A DNA stretch of 56,346 bases, filler included, from Bipalium vagum (lineage: Eukaryota): the NCBI GenBank assembly GCA_037834085.1. It is 3 parts of 3 records of this genome, joined end to end, with 100 filler letters (N's around TTAATTAATTAA, not from the genome) between each part and the next. Parts side by side here need not be neighbours in the genome. Positions count along the whole stretch, not along the records: positions 17,129 to 39,700 come from JBBMKC010219687.1; 2 more parts are not named here. One strand, given 5' to 3'. The notes beneath the pieces are model-generated. The model saw only the letters and a list, made by a program, of their open reading frames with translations, made no database searches and had not been told where the DNA came from. Of this stretch, positions 27,530 through 38,721 are shown piece after piece. The translations under genes were made by a program, and so were the position numbers. How positions within the stretch are numbered: position 1 is the stretch's first letter; every line of letters begins with the position of its first letter.

Positions 27530-29092
27530 TTATATATTTATTAAGAATTTCCGAATTCTATCTAGAGAAAATTTCAAGAAATTATTTTTAATTTCTGAAG
27601 TTCCAGTGCCAACATTATTGAGAATCATAGACGATATTTTCATTCTCATTGTGTTCTGAATATTGATTATATTTTGTTCTATTTCCACTATCATCATATT
27701 ATCCTCTACATTTCCTCGATCAATGCTTTTATCATGTTTGGCAATCTTGATGAAGATGTGATTGTAGTTGGTGAAAAAGAACAAACTTAAATCACAAATA
27801 TTTAAAAATAGTCTTTTTTCATGAGCGACTAAGTTACTGCTAAGAGCAGAGTCCGTGTCAATAAAATATTGACTAAACATTTCTTGATTTATAAGGCATA
27901 GGCGACCATAGTGTCTCCAGAAGATGGTTTGGTCCACATAAAACTTTTCTATCTCAGGTTGTGCTAACATTGTTTCCAACCTGGCTAGTAAAAAATCATG
28001 AAATTCTTTGATCCAGTCGAGAAATTTTGTGAAAGTACTGTACTGGTTATTTAATATACTATTCAAGTCAGGTCCAACAATATTGGAATATTGAAGGACT
28101 TGCTTATGAAAAGGACAAGAGATTTGTAAGCAGCCAAATCTTCGAAAGCAAAATTTACAAACTTTGTGTTCGCAAGAGGACATAGGACTTTGTGACTCTA
28201 ATCCAATATGAATATGACAGATAAGACACTGTTTCTCTGAATCTATAAACATCTCTGAAAAGTCTTCCTCACAGCTTTGTACTACTTTTAATAATGTATA
28301 TCTGAAAAGTTCCAAACTTTTCGTTATCAAAATTCTGAGGCTTAGTATATTGTTAAGTGACCTGTAACACTGTTTGTAATTAACTTCATCTAAATCTTTC
28401 ATTACTATTTCATTTATATTTGGAATCTGGATTAAAATTTTATATATGAACGAATAGTACGAATTGATCAGCTGTAATAACTGGAACAATATTTCCAACT
28501 TGCTTAAAATGAAACAAAATCCATAAGTGGTTTCTCTAGCCAAAGCGGTTTTTATGAAATCCGACGTTTTGTCTAAAGCGGACGATATCTTCCTCTCATA
28601 TTTTCTAACAGGTATAGCGCAATACTTTTTAAGTTCCGGCATGGAAGCAATTAATTGATATAATTCTACGACACCTTTGAAACTACCTTCTTCTTCTGCA
28701 TTCATCAAAGGTGTTCTCATAAAACTGAGACCAAGGTCATTTAACGACAATAGACCGGATTTCAGATTGCACAGGTTATTTTGGAACAACTTAAATATTA
28801 CTTTTAAAGGTTGAAGAGAGTTTTTAATATAAGATAAAATTTCCATGTTTAATTCCGGATGAAGAAAAGCAGCTATTAACATAGTTTTAATTTTTTCACT
28901 TGGCTTCTCAACGATTGAAAGATGGGTTATCTTAATTCGATCCATAGGACAAATTTGCTTATTATGCAACCAGTTTTCCAGACAATTTGAGCAAAATGTA
29001 TGTTTACACTTGGTTGTGGTTACCTGGTCCTCAGGTTTTATATTTTCAAAACAAATGGGACAATTGATCGATAGGTCACTGTTTGAATCCAT
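27530..29092 (-). CDS. Intronless 520-aa protein with two RING-finger-like domains (putative E3 ligase)
   Basis: CPIC-x12-CKHTFCSNC-x10-CPMD at the N-terminus and CLIC-x14-CEHKVCKFC-x10-CPFH near aa 290; 1.56-kb uninterrupted ORF in AT-rich DNA. Confidence 0.85.
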   Translation of the reverse strand: MDSNSDLSINCPICFENIKPEDQVTTTKCKHTFCSNCLENWLHNKQICPMDRIKITHLSIVEKPSEKIKTMLIAAFLHPELNMEILSYIKNSLQPLKVIFKLFQNNLCNLKSGLLSLNDLGLSFMRTPLMNAEEEGSFKGVVELYQLIASMPELKKYCAIPVRKYERKISSALDKTSDFIKTALARETTYGFCFILSKLEILFQLLQLINSYYSFIYKILIQIPNINEIVMKDLDEVNYKQCYRSLNNILSLRILITKSLELFRYTLLKVVQSCEEDFSEMFIDSEKQCLICHIHIGLESQSPMSSCEHKVCKFCFRRFGCLQISCPFHKQVLQYSNIVGPDLNSILNNQYSTFTKFLDWIKEFHDFLLARLETMLAQPEIEKFYVDQTIFWRHYGRLCLINQEMFSQYFIDTDSALSSNLVAHEKRLFLNICDLSLFFFTNYNHIFIKIAKHDKSIDRGNVEDNMMIVEIEQNIINIQNTMRMKISSMILNNVGTGTSEIKNNFLKFSLDRIRKFLINI

Positions 29093-29604
29093 ATCCTAAA
29101 TTTTTTTTTATTAAACATTAAATAAACTAATTTTTTTATTATTTTTTTAGTATTTGAATGCTCTAAAACAATAATGGAAATCTTAATTTTAAAATTTGTC
29201 TGTAAAATAAATAAAAGTTTTAAGAATTTAAAAATAATTTGACACATAAAAATGAATGTTAATGTCATAATTCGTTGATAGTTTAAAATTTTCTAAAAAA
29301 ATAATGGTTAAAATTTGATTTAGTTGGCCAAGGTCATTGTTGTTTTAATCTTTGCCTGCCGAAAAATATGATTTAAATTTTTAATTTAGACAAAGTCGTA
29401 AATTTTGAAAAGTTGCTAAATAATTTTTTACAATTATGGAATTCTGATATATATTATAACGAATAATCCTTCAGTTTATAATTTTATTTTTCAACCGAAT
29501 TTAACTACTGAAAATATTAAGTAGTGTAACTGTTATATTTACTTTTATTTCAGAATTTTGGTTAATTTCAGTTTAGAAATTAAGTAAAATAAAACACTTT
29601 ACAT

Positions 29605-30060
29605 TTATACAGAATAGTTTTCAGGTAATACATTTAAGAAAGCCACGAATATCTCTGTGTTGCGGAGCCTATTGCGAAAAAGAAATTCGTGTAGGTATGA
29701 AGGAAATAGTTCATTCGATGTACAGAACTGGCGGCGATTTTTACGTTTAGCGCGCATCTACATATTCTCAACATTTTCTGTGTGGATGTCGTTATCACCA
29801 GGATCAACAAAATTATGCTAATGCACCACAATACTGTGCATATATATGCCTTCGCCGGGCCTTGAAATATATTTATACGCTGGCTAACCATCCGACATAA
29901 TGTGTGTGCTAGAGAGTATGTATCTTCTAATCAAAGGTTCCAAGGTAGCTTTAGTTCGATTAGGAACATCGATAAAGAAGCACTTTCCCAATTCACGTTC
30001 AATGCCACCGAATACTCAGTGTCCTTCTTTCCACTGGCCTCGATGATATTTCCGGTGGAA
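29605..30060 (-). mobile_element. Merlin (IS1016/ISXO2-like) transposase pseudogene fragment
   Basis: One frame reads KYHRG..H*VFGGIERE.GKCF..VPNRTKATLEPLIRRYI..THIMSDG*PAY..H..VVH*HNFVDP..IHTENVENM*..K..SYLHEFLFR; four in-frame stops, no frameshift. Confidence 0.88.
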
Positions 30061-30129
30061 GAAGAGCGAAAAAAGTAAAATAATACAAGATTAAAATTTA
30101 ATATTTATTCAATTTGAAAAATATCCGTT

Positions 30130-30510
30130 ATTGTGTTTGTTTCAAAACTTGAATCATTTCCATATTGACTTTGTTCTGTAGATTCTCTATTGAATATACA
30201 TAGGTTGTACTAAATTCCTTATGGGTACGAAGGAATAAATAACCGTTTTCAGTGCTTGAGTAACATCATTGAAGGAAGGAACATGAACATCTTCAGAATC
30301 ATCTAGATTATTATCAACTTCTAGATTTTAATGGTATTTTGTATCATGGCATTCTGGTTTGTTAAACTCAATATATCATCATTTGAAATTCCAGGAAAGA
30401 TAATCAAGTCATCATCAATTCGAATATACTTTTCAAAAGTGACGTCAACTGGTACTGGTAAAAATGATCGTAATCGATGAAATACAGTCAAACCTCCGTA
30501 TTAAGTATAC
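30130..30510 (-). mobile_element. Pogo/Tigger-like remnant
   Basis: Minus-strand EDVHVPSFNDVTQALKTV resembles pogo C-termini; TACAGTCAAACCTCCGTATTAAG terminus at ~30483; a similar TACAGTACAACTCGCT terminus lies at ~16158. Confidence 0.45.
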
Positions 30511-32179
30511 TCTATACGAAGTACAATTCTTTATTAAGTACGACTTTTTAAATTTTAAAATCAATATTATTCTCTTTTGATTATAGTGGTTGATGAATTA
30601 GTGGGAGCATCAAAATTCACATTTTAAATTAATTTCACATTTTAATCACTTTGTTGTCATCTAAAATAATAATTTAAATTTTTATAATTAGCGTATTAAA
30701 TTACTTTTAATTTGAATATACAATGGGACCTACTGATTCCTAGACGATCACAGGGATCCTTTGTCGCGCAGAGTGAGAGTGATTTTCTTTGTGATATAAA
30801 GTTTTTCATCGTTTTTTAATTGTTTATTTCATAATTAATAAATATATTTTGATTATTTTAGTGTAATTCTCTGGATTTCAGCCATTTATTGTGATTTACT
30901 GATAACTGATTGATTTTTAGTGTATTGTGCGATTAGTGTAGTGTGTGTATTATTTTGATTCACTAACGCGAATAACAGTAAAGTTTTCGTAGTTATTTAG
31001 GTTTAACGAATACGTTATCAACAAAGTGAGGAGTTAGAGAAGTTTGATCTGAAAGTTACATATTCGAATAAGGTAAATAATAACAAAGATAAGGTTAGAA
31101 ATTGTTTGAACAAGAAGTTTGGAAAGTAAAATAAAGAGTTAAAGTTTTGAAAAGAAGTAAGTAATATTTGTTGTGAGTTTATTGTGAAATCTGGGAAGAT
31201 TTCCGGAGTGCAATTGACTTTTTAAGATGCAATCAAATAATTTTTTATAGAAGATAGAAGTCTGTTTTAATCACGAGAGACTTCAAGGGTGTCGATTGTC
31301 GTTTATCTTTCAGGTATTTAGATAATTTTAAAGCGAGCGAAATCAGTTTGGGAATATACGAGTCACCAGCATTTTGGACTGTTTTATCATATACTCTATT
31401 TTTGACTTGATTATATTCGTTTGCCATGTTGTTTCCTTAATAAAATCTTGTCTTATATTTACTGTTTTCTGCGTTAAGAAGTAAACTATAATTGATATAA
31501 TTTAGAGTGAGATAGAGAGCATAAAAAGTTTGGTTAATACTTTTTTTTAAATATTAACAATTCTACCATTCAAATTATGTTGATGACCTTTAAAATCAGG
31601 CTACACCAAGCTCCAAGTTAAGTTTTCCTGATAGTAAAGTATTGTATACACTGAATAGTAAAAACTTTCCTTTATTAAAGCCTAAAATTATTACATTTCT
31701 TAATATAAAGGTACTATCATTCTGCATTTTGAAGATACTTTATTGAAAATAAAAGAAATTAAATATACACAATGATTAAAATTAAAAAAATCAATTAAAT
31801 CAATTTTTAATCTGTAAATTAATCAATTTTTCCATTAGAATACTTAACAGAAATTCTTGCTGGTAATTTTATTAAAATGAATCGTATCATTGTTAAATTG
31901 AAGATAAACTTTTCAATATCAATGTGACTGAAACTGAAAGAGTGTTTGTTTAATCGAAGTCATAAAATAAATTATTCGTAACAAATATATATTCCTTATA
32001 AAGGTAAGTTCGTCTCTATCAAAGATATATCACATTATTAAACCTATTAATTTTATTCCATTTAAAAATCGTTTATTCAGATTGTCAACTCTTGAAAACT
32101 TATAAAACTCGCTGACATTTTAATATCCGTATTTTTAAAATCATCGATAAAAACTAATGTTTCTATTGTTTTCAGAAAA

Positions 32180-32413
32180 ATGAAAATCAACGTTACATAT
32201 GGTGACAAGATATTCACCTTTGAAGTGGACAAGGAGCAATCGGCTTTAGAATTGAAAAAGCTCGTTGCTCAAAAAACCGGAGTGTCCACTGCCGACATCA
32301 TGTTGCAGTTCAACGGCATTTACATGATCGACGATAAAAAGCTCAGTAAATACGATATTGAGTGTAATTCCAACATAATTATGGTGGCTAACATTCGAGG
32401 GGGTTCTAAGTAA
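32180..32413 (+). CDS. Stand-alone ubiquitin-like protein (77 aa) ending IRGG-SK
   Basis: Manual alignment to ubiquitin gives about 23/76 identities with one gap (TFEV, LKK, TGV, LQFNG, LSKYDI, RGG). Acceptor TTTTCAG lies just upstream of AAAAATG, suggesting a 5'UTR intron. Confidence 0.85.
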   Translation: MKINVTYGDKIFTFEVDKEQSALELKKLVAQKTGVSTADIMLQFNGIYMIDDKKLSKYDIECNSNIIMVANIRGGSK

Positions 32414-33075
32414 CGAAGATGATAGTGAAAACGTTGAGAAATAGATAATTAACTTGTTCAGTGTTATCTTTGTTATTTATTTATGTAATGGTATAAAATT
32501 TCACTTAACAAGTACCAAATCTTTTTTGTCTATTTAAAATATTTAATTAAAGTCAAATACAGATTATAAATCATTTTATTTATGTTTTAAGTATAACTCA
32601 TTGTTCTTAACTTAGAGGATCATTGTAATAGGGATATTATTGCATTTGATAAATAAAGTGTTTAATTAGTCTGGTTTTTTGCAAACTATTTTGAAATGGT
32701 GAACTTTGATTATTGCTCTGATTCCGGAATTTATTATTTTGAATCTCGTGCCTAGGCTTTAACCAGTAAGTCTTATAAACCGTTTTGTAAAGTTTTATGT
32801 AATGAGAACTGTTTGTCAGACTTTGGCAGCCAAAGATTTCGTTGCGACATTAAAGTATAAAATCTAGTAGATAGCGAAAAAGCTTCAATTGTATCAAATG
32901 AATTGTGTCAATTGATAAAATTAAATTAATAATTGGGAATCGATATTTTGTATATTGGATTTTTAAAAAAAATCATTTATTTAGGTATTGGAATGTCATG
33001 TATTCAAGCCCTGGTGCTACAGAATAAATGATTAATAAATTATTCAAAAAAATTTAGGAGTTTAATTTTTAAAGA

Positions 33076-33546
33076 TCTTCGGTGCTTCTGAAATCCGAGG
33101 TATTGTTTAAACATCCAAATCATCAGTTGATTTTTGAATTGAAATTTTGTGTTCGAATTGTGAAATCAGCTGTCTTAGAATTTGGTGAATTTGAAAAGAA
33201 ATTAAGCATCTGTAACGTTTCAAAAGAATTTTATGCACAAGAAGAAGTTAATCTATGTGAAGATGTTGGTATCCACAAAATCAGAAAATCTCGAAGTCAT
33301 ATCATCAGTAACCACGAAAAATACATGGAGACTTCAAATGAATCAGACCCGGAAAGAATAAGGGCAGCAGTCAACCTCCGACAGCCATTTAATCTCTCGC
33401 TAGTCACCAAGTTCTCTTGGAGCACGAGAATGATTTTTGTAGAAAATCACAATTACCTTGATCCAAAATTGTTCTTGAGATCCATAACGTTTTCAAAATT
33501 TGATTTTCGCCAACATATTTGTAACCTTCTCAATTTTGTAATATAA
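33076..33546 (+). CDS. Unidentified ~155-codon ORF, possibly a terminal exon
   Basis: Follows the acceptor-like TTTTAAAG; stop overlaps AATAAA; no recognisable domain. Confidence 0.3.
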   Translation, partial: SSVLLKSEVLFKHPNHQLIFELKFCVRIVKSAVLEFGEFEKKLSICNVSKEFYAQEEVNLCEDVGIHKIRKSRSHIISNHEKYMETSNESDPERIRAAVNLRQPFNLSLVTKFSWSTRMIFVENHNYLDPKLFLRSITFSKFDFRQHICNLLNFVI

Positions 33547-34189
33547 TAAATGTATTAGATTTAATTTCGCCTTCTCAACAATATTAACCTGATGCACTAA
33601 GCTTTTTGCTCACCAGTTTGGTAATTTTCTTTTACATTAACTTATGGCCACAAAGTAATAAGTCATAATCAGGTCAGAAAATTCTTCGACATTAAATCGG
33701 GTGAAAAAGAACTACTTAGTATTATTATTATTAAAATTAATATCAATATTAACCGAGCTTTCATTACTGTTACTACCCTTAACAAGGTAAAATGTAAAAT
33801 AATTAACTTAAATATATTAAATTACTAAATTTAGACCATTTTAACAACATTTGTAAGCTGTAACCAAATTTAGTAAGTACGAAATACGCTTTGAAAAATC
33901 ATAATAGGTCATAATAGGAAAAATTGGATTTAAAATTAGCAACGGAATTTTTAAACCAATCAGATGATTTATAGGGATCTTTTCCAGATAAGCCTCGCTT
34001 CTAATGCAAAAAGTACACTCTCGAAAAGTTAAGCCCTCCCTATTTTTTACCAGCTCAAATATAATACACATATGCAACCATGATCTACTTTTTATGTCTA
34101 GACATTTGAATAAATAAACGGACGCCATAAAAACAACTAATCTAACAACTAATTTTTAACCAATGATAATTTGAAATCAATTCAAAAAA

Positions 34190-34474
34190 TATGAAAAAGC
34201 AAGCTGGTGATTTTATGCACTAGGTGGGATTAGAAGGGGATTAGTTATCATGATTTACTTTCAAGTGGTCAAACTATCAGTGCGGAGAGGTATTGTGGTC
34301 AGCTAGAAAAATTGAGGGTGATGCTGAAGAAACGAATGAAATTTGTGAACAAAAATATATGGTCTTTCACCAGGATAACAATAAGTCACATTACAATTTT
34401 GAGACCAAACGCTAACTAAAGCATCTTAGTTTGGAAGCGAAGCAGTACCCATTGTACTGACCAGATGTAACTTC
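34190..34474 (+). mobile_element. Mariner transposase remnant
   Basis: YHDLLSSGQTISAERYCGQLEKL, FHQDNNKSH, PLY*PDV. Confidence 0.75.
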
Positions 34475-34846
34475 GGATTAGTTTTACATAAAATAGCACC
34501 ATAACTAGCACTAAATATTAACCCACAAAAATATTGACTATTGTGGTAAGCTCATTATTCCAACTTCATAAAAACTTTTGGGCTTTTCTCCAAAATAATA
34601 TTTCGAACACTTTTTGAGATATTCAAATGAATGAATTTGTAATTTGTCCAAATATTTTTGAAACGATCGAAACAGATGAAACTCCGAAGGAGTCACGGTT
34701 AATATTTAGAATAAATAGCACCAAATATGCTATTGTTTAAATAAAGTAATTTTATTTATTTATTTTAAAATTAATCCGCTACGGTTAACATTTTTGATTA
34801 GTTTAGAAAAACAGCAGAATGGTGCTATTTTATGTAAAATCAATCC
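34475..34846. mobile_element. MITE with ~28-bp TIRs
   Basis: GGATTAGTTTTACATAAAATAGCACCAT ... ATGGTGCTATTTTATGTAAAATCAATCC; GG..CC ends; internal copy of AAATAGCACCA; no TSD recognised. Confidence 0.7.
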
Positions 34847-35460
34847 TTTTTGTGAATAAAACACAACGATTTATAAATATTAGAACTTTGTCTTTTAATC
34901 TCGATGAAAATAATGCAAAATCCATTCCACAATTCAATGTTAGAATTATTAATTTATGTTTGACTCTTACAGTAATCATTTTATTGCACGTAATTGATTA
35001 TTTTCCATATTACCTTAACATTTTCAAAATTAAATAATGGTGAAATGCTTACAGAAATATAATTTAAACCGAACGCTTTAAAATGATATATAATGAGTAT
35101 TGAAACAACAAAAAATTTATATCCAAGTAACGTTAAATAAATTAGATTTATAAAAACCGATATTTATTTTTAAACAACCTAATATTATGTTATATGACCA
35201 ATTGGAAAAAGGTAATCTAATCTATGGAAATATAGATATTTCATTTTTTTCATTAATAGTTTATTGTAAAGTTTTTATTATCCGCTCTGCAAATATTCAT
35301 ATTTAAATTAAATCAATCATAAGAGGTTTTCTTTACGGACTTCTCAAACATGGGGTCGTTTTGATTGGTTGGTTTTATTTGAAATCAAATTTCTTCTTTA
35401 TTTTCATTGGATGAAAACTAAATAAAATGACGTGTCTTTTATTGGTAAATATGATTGAAA

Positions 35461-36426
35461 ATGTTATCGAATTCTCAGTTTGATAATATTTATAAAATAA
35501 TTTCTGTTTTGAGCCTAATTGTTTTATTATCGGGTTTAATTGGATGTTTTCTCATATTTTATATTCTCTATAAAGACACGACTATTCGACAATTTTCCAG
35601 GTTGCTATTTTTTCAGCAAAACGTTTTTGACACCTTAGTGATGATCATTTCTGGAATGCAGCATACCTTGTGGTCTGTTACCCAAAACTACTTTTTGTTA
35701 GACAATCTAGACCTGTGTCATTTATTTATTATTATGGAAGGTCTTTTTACTCATGGTGCGACTGTAACACTTTGCCTAATGTCCGTTGAACGGTTTATCA
35801 TTGTCACTTGGCCGACAAATGTCTATTTCAGGTCTTTGAAACTGAGGCATAATGTGATATTATTTTTTATCACAATCATTTTTTCTGTAGTTCTTATCAT
35901 CTATCCTTTTGTGAAAAATACTATCACCATGCCGTATTGCTTCTATTTAGTCGGTGTATCAGAGAGCTTCGGTTTTCTTGTTTATAGCGCCTTTCTGCCA
36001 TTCTTAGTATTATTCGTAACGACCATAAAAATTAGTTATGTACTTTGGAAAAGCTCTCGTCAGCAAAATAAGGTTTCCACAATAAATTCCGTGACATCTA
36101 ACGTAAAGAGCAATAAAAGTTCCAATTCACCTGTGTCAACATCCATTATAAAAGTCGTCATTCTTACCTCTGTCTATTACTCTGTTTGCACCGTACCATA
36201 CAGCTTCACCAGGTTCCTGTATATATTCAAACCGACTCATATGAGCCTAGAGACAATCTCATTGATCCCATTATTTGGGAAATTATTACTGATATCTAAC
36301 AGCTCCACAAGATTCATTTTCTACATTATCGGAAGTAAAAGATTCCAGATGATCATTAAATCGTTATTCGTAAAATCAAAAAATAATAATAATTCATCAA
36401 TCCACACCGTCACTCAAACCCTATGA
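35461..36426 (+). CDS. Rhodopsin-class 7TM GPCR (orphan, peptide-receptor-like), intronless, 321 aa
   Basis: Seven hydrophobic segments, TM3 Cys (DLCHL), MSVERF (DRY variant), CTVPY in TM6, NSSTRFIFY (NPxxY variant), RF in helix 8. First ATG is at 35461. Confidence 0.9.
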   Translation: MLSNSQFDNIYKIISVLSLIVLLSGLIGCFLIFYILYKDTTIRQFSRLLFFQQNVFDTLVMIISGMQHTLWSVTQNYFLLDNLDLCHLFIIMEGLFTHGATVTLCLMSVERFIIVTWPTNVYFRSLKLRHNVILFFITIIFSVVLIIYPFVKNTITMPYCFYLVGVSESFGFLVYSAFLPFLVLFVTTIKISYVLWKSSRQQNKVSTINSVTSNVKSNKSSNSPVSTSIIKVVILTSVYYSVCTVPYSFTRFLYIFKPTHMSLETISLIPLFGKLLLISNSSTRFIFYIIGSKRFQMIIKSLFVKSKNNNNSSIHTVTQTL

Positions 36427-36694
36427 ACCTGAAGATGATCATTGGCTTGCAAGGGTTTTTGAATTGGAACACGAAGAGTTGTAGTAATGTTTATCATGGA
36501 ACTTAGAGGATTTTATTTTTTAATTTTATTATTGTTGTGGTTATTATTATTATTATTATTATTATTTATTATTATTATTTACTTTGATATATATTTTGAT
36601 TTGTGTTGCACTTTTTCTGTATTGATTTATTTCGATTATTCAAATACATTTTATCTTCAATTTGGTGCATTCCTTAAAGTAATAATTTTTAATA

Positions 36695-36770
36695 AGAAAG
36701 TATATAGTATATATAGAAAGTATATAGTATATATAGAAAGTATATAGTATATATAGAAAGTATATAGTAT
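36695..36770. repeat. 20-bp tandem repeat (AGAAAGTATATAGTATATAT) x~3.7
   Basis: Perfect tandem units directly visible downstream of the GPCR. Confidence 0.9.
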
Positions 36771-37084
36771 AATAATAATAATAATAATAATATAGTAATA
36801 ATAGATTTTATTTTCGTTCTTTGAAATTTTTCATAATATGACAGTCACAGCCATTACAATGGAAGGTCATCGTACAGGTAACACTGATTGGTATGTACAG
36901 CTTGTTTGTCGAAAGTTTTCAATGAATTTCGAAAAGGTGACTCAAAGCGCTCAATGATTCTTCACAACGAGTCTGTCCTGATAATACAGAAAGCAACAAA
37001 AACATCGAAATAAAGAAATTTTAGGTCATTCGGAAAGTAATGGGGCTAATTTGGAACCAAACTGTAAACTGTCATAACTAAGTC

Positions 37085-37920
37085 AATTTAAAACATTCTT
37101 ATTACAAAAATGCACCATTAGAATCAATGCTGTGATAAAAGTTTGTTGATTCTAGTTTGAAAAAACCTTGATTTTTGGGCCCAATGAAGTCTTTGGCATT
37201 GATTTCTGGACTCTAATCTTCAAGAAGTGATAAAGATGTTTGAAAAATTGAAAATCTGTGGGAGCCAAGTCCGATGATTTTGGTTGGTGAGGAAGAGTTT
37301 CATATCATAAGATGAGGGCGTGCATTGCATGTATTGAAGGAGTATGGGACCATTCCGACAAAGGCCGCTGGTTTTGAATCAGTATTTTATACATCATCTC
37401 CATTTGCTCACAGCGCGATGTCCCAGTGATTGTTTTGCCAGTTTTCATGAAAGAAAAGTGAATAACTTCTGCAACTGACAACCATACAGTAGCCATGAAC
37501 TTTTTTGAATGAAGATTCATTTTTGGGAATTTCTTGGGGGATTCATAAGCTGATAAGTATTGCGCAGAACATTTGCGGTTATCATAAAAAATTCACTTTT
37601 CATCATAAGTAATGATATGATCCAATAAGGAAATGATCAACGGAATGTCTTCTGAGAAGAGATGTTGCTATCCCTAATCTTTTCATATGGATTTCCGTAA
37701 GATTATGTGATATCCATTTATTCATTTTCTTGACCTTGCCAATCGCAGTCAGGTGTTCGAAGGCCGTTGATTGGGAAACGTTTATCTTTGTTGCTATATT
37801 TGATACAATTTGCCTTGGGTCTTCCTGGATCGTCAACAACAATACAAAGCGCCCGGGCTTTTCTTTATTCTCAAGAAATTCATTTCCACTTCGGAAATTC
37901 TGGAACCATCTCTGTACTGT
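37085..37920 (-). mobile_element. Mariner transposase pseudogene
   Basis: TVQRWFQNFRSG, KWISHNLTE, IFYDN, MATVW, PHQPKSSDLAPTDFQFF; stops and frameshifts. Confidence 0.9.
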
Positions 37921-38721
37921 GCACTTAAAGTATCACCCCCACTTCAACGGGTGGTTTAAACAAATGACAAAAATGTATAGATGATTGCACTAAACATTTG
38001 GAAAGGAAATGATAAATAATAATAATATTATTTAATGATATTATCTATTTTTTACCAATTTGATTTTATATCTGTTTGGAGATACTAAATAGGTGTAGAC
38101 ACCGTGAACAAATAAAGTTCTACTGAGTGGTAACTCTTATCAAGGTAATTTCAAGAATATTTTTCAATTAGATACGCCAGTCAATGACCGGATTGCTCAT
38201 TTGAGTGGCAGGGGCAAAAACTATAAATTAGAGTAAAAATCCATTATAATGGCCACAGAGTAATTTTAATGCTAAACTAGTTGGAAATTTGTTGAGGAGA
38301 GACGAAAGACGATTTTTTCTTAAATTTAATTTTGCGAAGCTAGAAGAGACAAGTGAAGATTGTTGTATTTAAATCCGGAATGATAGTCAAATTTGTTGCA
38401 AAGAAGATTGAGATTGGAGCTGAATTGAAGAAGAATATTAAAGAACATTTCAAATTGTTTCCAAGTTCATGCACATGTTATCGAATGATATGCAGTCAAG
38501 GTGTTTACTGACGGCCCAGTTAATTCTTATATTCATCCTTACATACACAATGATTTTATTTAACATTCAATCGATTGGTTGCTGTTTTGTTGTGTTCACT
38601 GAGAACTGTTTCTTATTGTGATTGTCATATCAAAAAATGATTACATCCGATTTGATTTTTGTTATGATAACTAATAGTTAAGGAGTCAGATTAAAATGTG
38701 CACTATTGTGTTAACTGTTAC

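Noticed and set aside
30720-31430. Possible LINE 5' end or ORF1 remnant (…IYESPAFW)
   Set aside because: Only one short motif, heavy decay, no endonuclease or RT seen.
36487-36747. Leu/Ile-rich 86-aa ORF
   Set aside because: Produced by a (TTA)n microsatellite and the 20-bp tandem repeat.
36695-36770. CRISPR-like regular repeat
   Set aside because: Head-to-tail units without spacers, in eukaryotic DNA.
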